From positions 922,564 through 986,563 of the forward strand of contig CAJINV010000005.1 in NCBI GenBank assembly GCA_905178155.1: DNA of 64,000 nucleotides, in the 5' to 3' direction. The notes beneath the pieces are model-generated. The model was not told the origin of the DNA, searched no databases, and worked only from the letters and a program-made list of their open reading frames with translations. The translations under genes and the position numbers were made by a program. Below, piece after piece: positions 14,235 through 25,700 of this stretch (positions within the stretch are counted from its first letter, which is position 1; every line of letters begins with the position of its first letter). This DNA comes from Amoebophrya sp. A120. Lineage: Eukaryota > Protista > Dinoflagellata.

Positions 14235-16572
14235 TCATGTGAGGTCTATTACCTCCACCGCCTCCTTCACTTCGCCACCAAACACGTGCCCGCCGGGTCC
14301 GCGAACGGACACCGTTCTCCCGTAGCCACCGCCCTCGCCCAGGACCTCCTGGATTCGCAGAAGGTGCTTTGGATGCAGCGCCGCACCGCACTCCTCGTTG
14401 AAGACCCAGCACGGGACGGCTGTGAGGTCGTTTTTCACGCTCTGAAGCTTTATGAAGTGCAAATAAGTATGTCTGGGTCTGGAATTAGAGTGCACAGCTT
14501 TCTTTGTGCTGCTGCCTTTGCATGACACAGAAGGTGGTCGTCTGTCATCATGCAAGCCCTACTAGCATCTTCACAGGTTTTTCGAATTATGGCTCCCAAT
14601 GCTTAGTATGTATCCCCCATGCAAGATCTATTCTCTGCGTCGAAAAAGGAGGTCTACTTGCTGGCTGCGCAGAACAGATTTTTACAATATCGACCAGACC
14701 GAGCGCCACAGGCTCGCACTTCTCTCCCAGACCCCGACATCACGTCTGCAGTGGATAAGCTCCGCCGCCTTCCGGGCTTCCTGGAAGCACCACAGCCGCC
14801 GGTTGTCTGCGGAGTAGAGACCCCGGGCCGCCGGGTCTGCGACAGTCTCGACACTGTGGACCATCAGCGGCGGGAAGTCGAAGACGGTCAGGCCGCCAGA
14901 CGCGAGGGCGTCCCGCACGGCCTCGATGCTCTTCCCGCATTTGAAAACGGGGGAGATCTGCCTCTGGCTGAAGCGGAGTTTTTCCAGCGGCACCAAGCGC
15001 AGCTTCTTCCCTCCCTCCCCCTTCCCCTCCTCCCCGAACCGGCGAAACAGCGCCTCCTGTTTGAGCGCGCACAGTTCGAGCGGAAATAACTCGAAAGGCA
15101 GCTGCATGATCGTCTTCAGTCGGATCACGAGCGTCTTCGAGGCCGGCGGGAATTCCAGTCCGCGCTTTCGCTGTCGCGGCGTAAGGAATTGCTTTGCTCG
15201 ACGGCGCAGCAGGTCCCGCATGCAAATCCGATAGACCCGTTTGGCCACCTCGTGCCTCTTCCGTCGCAGGTCGGCGGGGCTGGTCGTGAAAGGGCTCGCG
15301 GCCTGTAGTTGGGAGGACGAGGATGAACTGCTCAGGCCGCTAGAATTGTCCACATTGCCGTCTTCCACACAACCCAAAACTTCACGTGTCCTTGCCTGCA
15401 GCTGGTCGAAGAACTCTCCACCGCCGGCCCGACCGATTTGTTTCAATCCAACGTAGAACGCTATGCAGTGCAAACCCGTTGCCCCCGCCCCCATTTTGTC
15501 ACGCACATGATGCTTGACGCTGCGATCTGTTTTTGCAAGAAAATTCGAAACGCAACTTCTTCAAGAACGCAGGTCGGCGTAGGTAAAAAAAGGCCAATGC
15601 AGCGTGTAAAAATCTCGGCCAGTTTGATCTTGCAAAAATAAGTTAGTCGACCCATGTAGTTGCATAGATTAAATAAAGCAGCGAAGCTGCTCTTTTTCGC
15701 AACTACAACTCAAAAAGCTGCAAATTAAAAACTCAACAACCAGCTTGGGGGCTGCACCTGCAGGGTAGTTTTTGCACTGCATATGGTCGATCACTTTCTC
15801 GATTTCCAAGTCCGTGGCTGCCGAGGGGTTTAGTACGGTGCTGCTTTGTTGTTCGCGCAGCGTGCGGAGTCTGAAGTCGTTGTCCTCCTCGTCCTGCTCT
15901 GCTAACTCATCTAATTTCAGGTCGTCAACACCCTCCACCAAGTTTTCGAAAACGTCCACTACATCATCTTCCTCCGCGATCATGAACCTTTCGCCCACAT
16001 GTTCATCAGCTCGGCTATTTTCCTCGTCAGGGGCAGAACGCTTCAGCAGCGAAGCAGCAGCAGTGTCTGTGGTAGAAGATGTTGTTCCGTGCGGCTGGTC
16101 GTGGAACGCCGGCACACCGGCTTTCTTGGTTTTCTTAGTTTTATCCCGGAGTAAAATACACGTCCCCGCTCCGTAGGTACAGGTAGGGCTAGGAATAGCT
16201 AGGGCTGCTAGTCAAATTTTTAACGAGGTCTGCAATTTGCGATAGTGACAGACTGTTCTTGGAAGAAAAGCGTAGTCCTCGGGAGGACAAGAAGCTAGAT
16301 AGCTACGCGCAGCCTGCTGTTCAGAGAACGACAAATCTATGTTTGTGTTTCTCGAATAAGATATTAAATAGCAAATAGCTCTCGATTTTTCTTGGAGCTG
16401 CATGCGTCAACTTCTTGCGTGACAACTACCAAAGCGGGCGTGGACGTTTTCCCACAGGATAATTCTCCGCCAGTAGACCCAGCTTCTTGCCACTGGACGC
16501 ATCCATTGTCGTGGCGGTATCCAACAGAAAAGTAGTCCTTACACCCATACCAGAAAAAAGAATTTTCTGTTG
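14235..16572 (-). CDS. Exons encoding an acidic linker and a ParB/Srx-like domain; probably the C-terminus of the RdRP
   Basis: LRFSQRQISPVFKCGKSI...PPLMV...LYSADNRRLWCFQEA (~14770-14985) resembles the FSQ...DNRRL ParB-like family. It is joined in frame through introners 16142, 15462 and 14451; stop at 14235. Confidence 0.65.
14451..14757. mobile_element. Introner, family A
   Basis: TATGAAGTGC..ATGTCTGGGTCTGG ... CCCAGACCCCGACAT..GCAGTGGATA with TSD AGCTT/AGCTC; join KAAELQSVK. Confidence 0.85.
15462..15783. mobile_element. Introner, family F-like, TSD diverged
   Basis: Perfect 13-bp TIR TATGCAGTGCAAA. Flanks AACGC/TGGTC; removing the element plus 5 nt keeps the frame. Confidence 0.72.
16142..16461. 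mobile_element. Introner, family B
   Basis: TATCCCGGAGTAAAA..CGTCCCCGC ... GCGTGGACGTTTTCCCACAGGATA with TSD AGTTT/ATTCT; join LLAENKKTKK. Confidence 0.78.
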
Positions 16573-16577
16573 CTAAG

Positions 16578-16769
16578 TAAAGTCCCGCCACTAAAACTCT
16601 GTAATGCGCAGACCACCCGAACGACAGGCGATCTTGTGCTGTCGTGCAGAGTTATGCAGTCTCTCATGCAAGTTAGCGACCAGAGAGGGCAGAAAAAACT
16701 TTGCTGTGCTGAACAGTCACCAGCAAAACCTTGTCAACACTATGACTCAAAAATAACAACGCAGCTTTA
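16578..16769. mobile_element. Probable old introner
   Basis: TAAAG...CTTTA ends and internal TGTNATGC-like motifs. Removing the element plus 5 nt gives EDEKQQKIL in frame. Confidence 0.5.
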
Positions 16770-19700
16770 CTTTTCATCTTCTTTCGCATGGGTGTAGTAG
16801 TTTTCTGTGCGATAGTCGGGCCTGTCCACAAGATCCGGGTCTTCCCGTACCAACTGCTCTGCGATTTCTTTTATGCAGCGGGAGCCCAAGCTCCAGCTCT
16901 TGGCCTGTTTCCCAACCAGAAACCCCCTCTCGTGCAGTTCCGCATGGACTTTAAGCAGTGCCCGCTGCTTCCGTGCCTTCAGCTTCGCCGGGTCCTTCAC
17001 GCGACCACGCCACACAGCAGGGGAGACAGCGACGCCATCGAGCCGGCGCTCTATGACCTGCTCAAACGTTACAATCTCAAACGTTACAATAGAATCTGAG
17101 ATTTGTCTTGCATGATCAACATGACAGACTCGGACAGCGTCTCACTTTTTGCAATACAAATTTCGCCACATTGTAGTGCGGATTGGGACTCCAGAACTTG
17201 TCATGCGCAAGCCTGTGGGAGTAGGGTAGATCATGCACTTCTTGCAACACAAAGTCCAGATTCTATTGTAACGCTTGAGATTGTAACACCTGAGCGGGTT
17301 ATACGCTCTACGTCGAGAATCCTCTTCAGCCGGAGCGGCGACTGGTATCAACTGCAAAAATGTCTGGGTCTGGAAGAATGCAGGAGATTGTCATGCAGAT
17401 TTTGCATGACCCATGAGGTCTGATGTGATGCATGCCCTAGCATCAGAGATTTTGCGAGGGCTTTCTGATGCTCATACCGCGTGAGAAATTCCCTCTCCGT
17501 GTAGCACAAATTACACCTCTTTTGCTGTTCATGCAATACAGTTTTTATGTAGATTCCAAAAGTAGCATCACAAGTTGTATCCTTCCAGACCCAGACACTT
17601 TTGCATTTGATAACTGGTTCCCCTTCACCATGTCCAGGCAAGTATGGATGTGTCAGAGTTGAAATCGACAAAGTTGAAATGATTTGTCATGCATAAAATG
17701 CGACACAGAGACTGACTCTATTGCTGAAGGCGCAAGGGAGGCAGATTCTAGTGCTGGTAAGGGTCAAGCATTGGGCTGCTGACTAGCATGACAGGGAGCA
17801 GCTATCTTGCCCTGAACAGCATGACAGACTTGCTTCAGAGGCCAGGAAAATTTGTCATGCGCCGATTGGAAACTGTGGGTCCAACTGGTATAGATTTTAT
17901 GCATCACAAATTATTTCAACTTTGTCAATTTCAATCCTGACAGTTCCATAGCAAGCCCGCGCCAGATACGCCAGCCCGATTATCCTGAGGAAAATAAAAC
18001 GTCCCCGCCCCAGACTCATCACAAGATGGGAATTTGCAACACAGATCGACAGCTTTTGTGTGTCGCACATCACAGATTTGGTTTCAGATTGTAGTCGTGT
18101 TTAGTAAAAAGTGCGGCCGCATCTTCACAAACTGATCGCCTTACCGATCGTCGTTTCAGCATCACATCAGAACCCAAAACACAACTACAAAATGAAAGTA
18201 CTTGTTATGGGGCGGCACATGAGAAACATTTCTAGGAGTGCAGATATGCATGACAGAAGTACGGGGGGGGAACGTTTTTGCACAGGATACCGATGGCGCG
18301 GGGGTGCGCAGGGCCGAATCGCTCCACGACGTCGAACCACCGCGAAGTTGCTATTACAATGAAAAATGCCCCCTCCCCATATCAAAACGGAAATCTGTGA
18401 TGCAGAGTTGTGGTCACAAATCAGCTTTGTGATGGTAGAAGGGAAGAGATCATGCGGGTTGTAATGCTGGCAAGCGCACGGACGACTTGCGTCTTCAGCA
18501 TGACAGGAAGCAACTGGAAACGGGAAATAGCATGACAAATTGCCTCCAAACTAGGGAGCCACTGCGTCTCTTTTGGCCTTCTAGCAATACACAACGATTT
18601 GTGTACTCAAATACAGCAACACAAATTTCGTTTTTGATGTGGGGAGGTGAGATTTTTCCTTTTGATAGTTGCGGCTGAGGTCAAAGAGCCGCCAAACTGC
18701 GAAGAATTCCCCGTGTAGCGCAAGTATGCACGGAAAAAAACTGTATTCACACTTCGCCTCAAGCTTGTGGACTTGATGACTATTTCGAATTATGTTGACA
18801 GCATCACAGATGGCCAGGTGGAACGAGAGCAAAATACTTTTTCTAGTAGCATGCAGAGTGGCTTCCCAGTCCCACGAAACAAATGCGACAGTCATGGACG
18901 CTGTTCAGCATGGCAAAACTGTCTTGCCGTTGCGTCGCGTCAGCATTTCTGACGCGAGGCTGCAATGTAACACAGCTTTTTTCGACTCTGATAGCTTGAA
19001 GACTTGTACCATAGCGGCTTTGAACCGTTCGTGGTTGTGCTCATCATCTAGTACTTCTTCGTCTGCCGTCGTAGTCGCCGGGAACGTCCTGTTTTGATAC
19101 TGGAAAGCAGAAGGTGCTCCATTGCTGGTGCCAGATGAACTCGAGGAGGAAAAGAGGCTGCGTCCGACTGGAAATAAAGTAGACGAACTGGAAGTAGACC
19201 GTTCTATTGCGGCACTCGATGTTGACGATGTGGTAGTCGTTGGTCTTGACAAAATTTCTCCCATCGTTTTTCCCAACAGGTTGTTAGTGCTACTTTTTTT
19301 CTTCGCCGGTGGAAGCTGGTGCTGCATGGTTCCTGGAATCGCTTCCGCCAGTAGTGCTGCTTCCTCTTCGATAAACAAGGCGGTCGAGGAGGAGGCCGCT
19401 GTAGCTGTTCCGGGGGTGTTTAGGGTTGTTGACCTAGTGGCAGGGGTTTGCTTCTCTGCAGGGGCGTCGCTTCTGGATAAGGTCGCGGAATTGTCGTCGT
19501 CGTTGTCGTCGCGCTCGATGTAGGTCGTGATCCCTTCCCCGCGCAGGTCCCAGCAGGTGTCGCGAAGGCGTCGGACCTTGTCGAGCGTGGGGGCGTTGTC
19601 TTCGAGGAACTCGACCAGTTCGGGACACCAGCACACCCAGTTGATATCCCCATCGCAGTATTCTGTGTCAAAACGCCCCCGACCCATAGTCTGTCAAGCT

Positions 19701-22700
19701 GGGGAAACTGAGCAGGCAAATCAGCACGCTCTGGCTGTTCTGCGCAACACGACTGGCCTCGTACTGTAGTCCTGTGGAGCTAGTTCAGCAGCATCACGGA
19801 TCTAGCGCATGCGCATCGTGCTGATTGGATCGTCACCAAATCCGAAACACAACGAGAAGCCGTTTCGCATGGAGCTATGCATGAGCAACATTCTCAGACT
19901 CAGCGCGCAGGTTTGCATTACAGCTATGGGGCAGAGGCGTTTTTACATAGGATACGTAGTCCCCGCCACGAAACTCGTCGTTCCCACCGCGAGTGCAGGA
20001 GGTGCTGTCTGCCGTATGCATTGCAAAAAAGTAATATCGCACTTCTAGTAGAAATAATCTTCGCAAGAACATGTAGGTGAGTGTGTACAGAGTGACAGGT
20101 AGAAACTACTGCTATTCCGGACTGCATGCCCGATGAAAAGTGCTCAATAAGGTCAATAAAAAAGCATCTACGCGTCACGCATTTTCTGTAGCTGCGCCAT
20201 AAAGACCCTGCACACGAGTACGATAAAACTTTTGCACAGGATACGCGGCCAGGATGAGTAAGTTGGAGCCCGTGCCGAAGCGCTCGAAGACGTCCATATT
20301 GAAAACGAAGTCGACCAGCTGCACATCCGTCGGCAGGTTCGCCGGACAAGCACTGACTATGTTTTTCCCGGTCAGGTACTTGTATCTGTTGTCGTCGAAA
20401 AACACCAGCATCGCTTCGTCCCGGCGCAGGGTCTGCGTGAAGTCGTACGCGACATGGTATGGATTGCAGATGTGTCTGGGTCTGGAGCCTCGCAATGCTA
20501 AAAGTGAATGATAGACGCACTGGCAGTGGCACTGCAGTGCGCAGCTATGCATGACAAATTTTTTGGCTGCCATGTCGTACGTATTCCGCATGGCAAGCTG
20601 CGTTTTTGCATGACAGGTAAGAGGAATTCTCGCGCCTATGCAACACAGATTCTCGAGTCCTGCCAGACAAGCGCGACAGCCTTGCACTCCTCCAGACCCA
20701 GACACGTTTGCATTTGATACATGGAAATACCGGGAGTCTGGTACGACGTAGCGCGGCTTCCGTTGCAGATACTCCGCCTCCTGCTCCTGCCGCTTCATGT
20801 CCACCGACCACAGATGGATCTGCGGCGTGGCGACTCCAAACCCCGCCGCCCGGAGGCGCTCTAGGCGCTCGGTGGGGTTGGTCAGCTGCAGTCTGGTGCC
20901 GTGGTCGTCGGCCGCTGGCTTCGCAGGCGCGGCGATCTTCCGTCGTTCGGACTTCAGCGCTTCGAAGTAGTGCGAAGTAAGGTTCTCGATACTAACCGCT
21001 CCGACTTTCTCATTCACTTCGCGCCACCGGCGGGGTCGGACATTTTGTATAGCCGGTTGAGCAGGCATGGCCTGGGGCGGGAGAGACGTTGATGGAGACG
21101 ACGAAGAAGATGCTGACGCGACTGGCACAATCTTTCGCTGCACTTCTGCCGCCGGTGGAGGAACGAGTACCTGCTTGTTCGCACTCAAATTCACGGAAGA
21201 GGAAGAACTACTACTACTACTGCTACTACCAGCTCCCTTTTGTCCCGCACTTGCTGCGGCTCCAGCATCGTCCAGAAAGTCACCAACCACAAAGTCTGCA
21301 TCGTCGGCGTTCAACTGCAGGTCTAGATCTAAGTCGTCGTGGGCAAACTTGCTGACCTTGCTTCCACCCGGAAGGACTTTTGCGGCAGCTGCTTTCTTTT
21401 TCGGCCGCGGTCTCTTTTTACTTCCGGCTAGTACAGGTTTACTTTCGTCTTCCTCCGAGTCCTATCAAATGCAAAAATGTCTGGGTCTGGAAAATTGTGA
21501 TGCAGAACTGTGGATGACTGAAATATTTGCCAACGCAACCAAGAAGTATGACAAGTTTGCAGAACGCTCTCTCATGCTCAGTCCGCGTGAGAAACTGCGC
21601 TTTTGTATGACCAAAGAGGGCGCTTTTTTTGTTAGTCATGCAATACAGATTTTCCAGGAGTGTAGGAGTAGCATTACAGGTTCCACGCTTCCAGACCCAG
21701 ACACATTCGCACTTCATAAGTCCAAGTCCACGAAGGTTGCTTCCTTTGTGCGGTCCTTCATGCGGCCACTCTTTCCCTCGTTGTCCTGCAGCCGCTGCTT
21801 CAGGTTCTCTATCGCGTAGCCCTTTTCCCAGTGCGCGTCGTGGATGTTTCTCATAAAGGCGGAAAATTTTTTGCGCTTCTCCACGTTGACGACGAAGTCC
21901 CACCGCTCGTCCGGACTCCTGCGAAAAAAGCTCTCCAGCAACTCCTGGTCTGGGTCTGGCTCTTTGTCCTCCTTCAGTAGAAATCGCTTTTTTTCGTCTT
22001 GCGTAAAGCCAGGAGCTGTAGTTGTGCCCGCAAACGGCGTACTAGCTGCTGCGGCAGTCGCACTCGCACCACCAGCTGCAGATGATGTTGAACCGGCTTT
22101 ATTTCTCTGCTCGTGCTCGAAATACTGGTCTACCAATTCCGACTTTTTTCCATCCGTTGCTAGCCCGGCCTCTCCCAGCAGCTGTCTGAGGTCGGCGATC
22201 TTCATCCGATTCACACTCGACTTGGAATGTTGCGCTGCGGAAGGTAACTTCGATTTCGTGTTTTTGGAGCCGTTTTTGTTCCGCTTTTTCTTTCTCGTCC
22301 CGAAAATCCCGTCGTCACTGGAGCTGTCGTCATCATCTACCAATTCAGAAATATCAAACTGATCTTCCTCAACATCGTCTTCAAAAGCGAGAAGACCATC
22401 CCCAGGTCGATTCTTCAAAAACGCCGAGACTTTCTGCGTGGTCCCGGTCTGGCTTGTTCCGCTGGCTCTTGATGTCTTAGCGGTGGCGGTTCTGTAGCAA
22501 CTCGACGCTCCTGCTCCTGTTGCTCTCGTCGAGACAGACGCGGACGAGGGGCCGAATGGGAGTAAGCAGCTCTTGTTCATCGCGGCGCCCGCCGCAGGTG
22601 TGTGGGCTGCTTGTGGTTTATCAAGAAGAAAAATCCCCCCTCCCCATATCAAAACGGACATCTGTGATGCAGATTTGTGGCCACAAATCAGCTTTGTCAT

Positions 22701-25700
22701 GCTACACGGGAAAAGATGCGGACCGTAGCGCTGGGTGGCGTGGGAATGCCTTGCATCTTCATCATGACAGGAGCCAGCTGAGAGTGGGAAAGAACATGAC
22801 AAGTTGCCTGTAGTCGAGGCCATGACTGCGGCTCTTGGCCATCCAGCATGACAAGTCGATCTGTGGCCTCAAATACAGCATCACAAGTTTCGTTTTCGAT
22901 ATGGGGCAGGGGGATTTTTCCCATCGGTATGGTTTTTGGTTTATTTCCTGCGGCTCCCAGCACGCGAGGAATTCCAGCAGCGGGATGAACTGCGCGTTCA
23001 AAGTTTTGCTCCCCTCCTCGTGCTGGCTGGCGACGATACCTTGCGGGCAGATCTCGAGTGCCTGCTGCACGTCGTCCATCAAAAGGAAAAACTACCCCCC
23101 CCCCATTTCGAAATGGAAGTCTTGTGATGCGGGATTTGTGCACACGAATCGGCTCTGTCTTGCAGTAGAGGACTGCAGACAGATGAACAGCCTGAGTAGG
23201 GGCGTTTTGGTGTAGGCGCCTAGCAAGGCAGGCACGTCCTCCATAGGCCATACAGCATTACAAATTGCCCGCAGATCGCGGCGGCGTTTTTGGATTTGCC
23301 GTCTTGCAAATTGCCCTCAATTCAGCATCACAAATTTTGACAAGTGTCTCGCTTTGGTATAGGAAGGGGGGACTTTTCCTCGCAATATCGTCCAGCCGGT
23401 GTTCGTCCCTGCTCCCTTTGCACATAGACGACACAAACACGACGGGCGCATCGTGTCCGTCATCGAACAAGTACCGGTCGAGGAACAGCATGCCCTTCTG
23501 CACGCCGCTGCGTATCTGGATCGCGGTAATGTGTTATTACAATGAAAAATGCCCCCACCCCGGAACTTGCAAAAGTTTCTCATGCAAAGTTTCCAAATGA
23601 AAGCTTTTTGTCTTGCATGAAAGGACTACGAGCCTTTCCGATGCAGAATCTAGGTGCTCGTCAAGGTATCTTTTGCATAACAGATCCGGCTGCTGCTGGG
23701 CTCTTTTGCAACACAAATTTGAGCTATTCAGCATGGACAATTTGTGATGCTGATATATGCAAGACGGGGGATGTTTCCATTGAAAAGGTTTGCAATACAA
23801 GTGCTGCCAAGTTCTGGGGTGGGGGCATTTTTCACTGTAATATGTGCCCCTCGATGTTCACCCCGTGCACCCGCTCGAGATGGGCTTGCACCCGCGCCAT
23901 CTGGCCCCAGGAGATGCGCCCACCGCCGTCCGACAAAATTTTACCTGTGGTCAACATTTTGGGTTTTAAATCAAAAAGAACTTTTACAACTCTGCGATGG
24001 AACTGCTACTGCTGACTACAAACCACTGCACCACGGGGCTTTTTACCCACAGAAAAGCCACGCACTTCCGGCAGCTGCGTCGAGTATCATAATCGGAGCT
24101 GGGACAAAAAATGGATGAAAAAGAAACTATCTCCACCCAAGAAGGAGAATGAAACGCTTTGAGTACTATTCGATACCTGTTCGGTTCGATTTTATATCAT
24201 CACAGATTGTCCTCATCTGTGGTCGGACGATCGGTCCCCTAAACGTCCGCGAAGAGAGGAGCTGAAACCGCGAAAAGAACTTTCCCGGGGACAGCTTCCG
24301 CACGTCCTCGTCGGTGTCGTATGGCATATGCCATTTGGCGATCCGGTTCGCGACTTCGAAGGGACTCTCGCCTTTCTCCGGAAAAAATTCCACGTAAAGA
24401 AACCTCCAGTTGCTGCAAAACTCGTGGTGCAAACACAACACGACGAACGAGGGGTCTGTTGTGTCTCCTGGTGCACTAGCAGGAACAAGCTCGGTATTGT
24501 CATCATCCAAGAGTAGACCTCCACCGGGCCGCATTTGTAGGAAAGAAGAGCTCTGGGTGGAGGTTTTGTTGGTGCTGCTAATCATCGAAGAGTTCTTGTG
24601 CCCGCCCCAGCTCGTAGTGGCAGTCCCCGCAAATAATGCGCTGTCCTTTTTAGGAAAAACGCGAAGTAAATTTCCAGTCGATTTCGACGAAACGAAGTTT
24701 CTCAACGTGCGCACCACAGTCGGAAATTCGTGCACTTCTCGCGGCCGCTGCGTATACTTCTTCGGCCGCTGCGGTTCCTTCATGTGCTTAAGCTTGGTTT
24801 CATCTAGTTCCGCCATTTCTTCGAGCAAACTTTTTTTTGCAGCACGCGAGGGTGGACTTCTGGCTCCAGTGGAGACGACGTCTTCTGGTAGGTCCAACTT
24901 GTTGTCCAGCAAAATATTCGGATTCAAAAGGGTACGAGTAACTTCTTGTTCTTCCGGCTCTTGCTTTACTTTTTTCACGCCGCCACCGCCATCCGTGTGG
25001 GCTTGTTCAACGGTGTCCTCTACCATCTCGCTCTTCACTTTCGCAGTTCCTGCTGGCGGGGGTCGTGCCGCAGCAACAAGAGCCGCAGGGCTAGTACAGT
25101 CGCCGTCGCTACTGTCGGAGAGAATAATAACCTCAATTTTTCGCTTCTTCAAAGCGGGCGCAACAGCAGCAGCCTCCACTTCTGCTGCACTAGAACATGA
25201 AGAGTCCGGCTTTTTTTCTACTGCCTCATCCGGGATAATATCGCTCATGAAGATGCCTTCCTTCTTTTCCCGCCGGCCGTCTGCGCGAGCTTTTCTCTCT
25301 GCTGCTGCTAGCCGCTTTTTCTCCTCCTGGTTCCGTTTTTTCTCTGCGGCCTTCTCCGCGTCGCGTGTTGTTTTCTCCCGTTTCCACGCCTCGTACTTTG
25401 CCAGGTCTTTCTCGTACGTGGCTAATTCCGTCGAAAACTCCGGCCGGACCTCCCAGACGACTGGAGAGATTTTCACTCCGATCACCTTCCGTCCCCTATG
25501 CATTGCAAAAGCATTGCATCGCACTAGTATAAATTGCATTACAAATTGGCTCAGAATTACTACTTTGCCTTTAAAAAAGGATTTGCTAATGCATAAAAGC
25601 AAGTAGTACGAGTACGATACTTTTGCACAGGATATCCCTCCCTGCCCGCAAATTCCATCAAACGAGTGGAAAGCGCGTTTTTTCGGCCATCGACGCGGGA

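Noticed and set aside
16212-16403. ORF resembling an RdRP C-terminal tail
   Set aside because: It lies wholly within introner 16142-16461 and has an upstream in-frame stop.
17052-18912. Repeat-spacer-like alternation suggesting CRISPR
   Set aside because: The units are different TIR elements and the gaps are in-frame exons; eukaryotic context with no cas genes.
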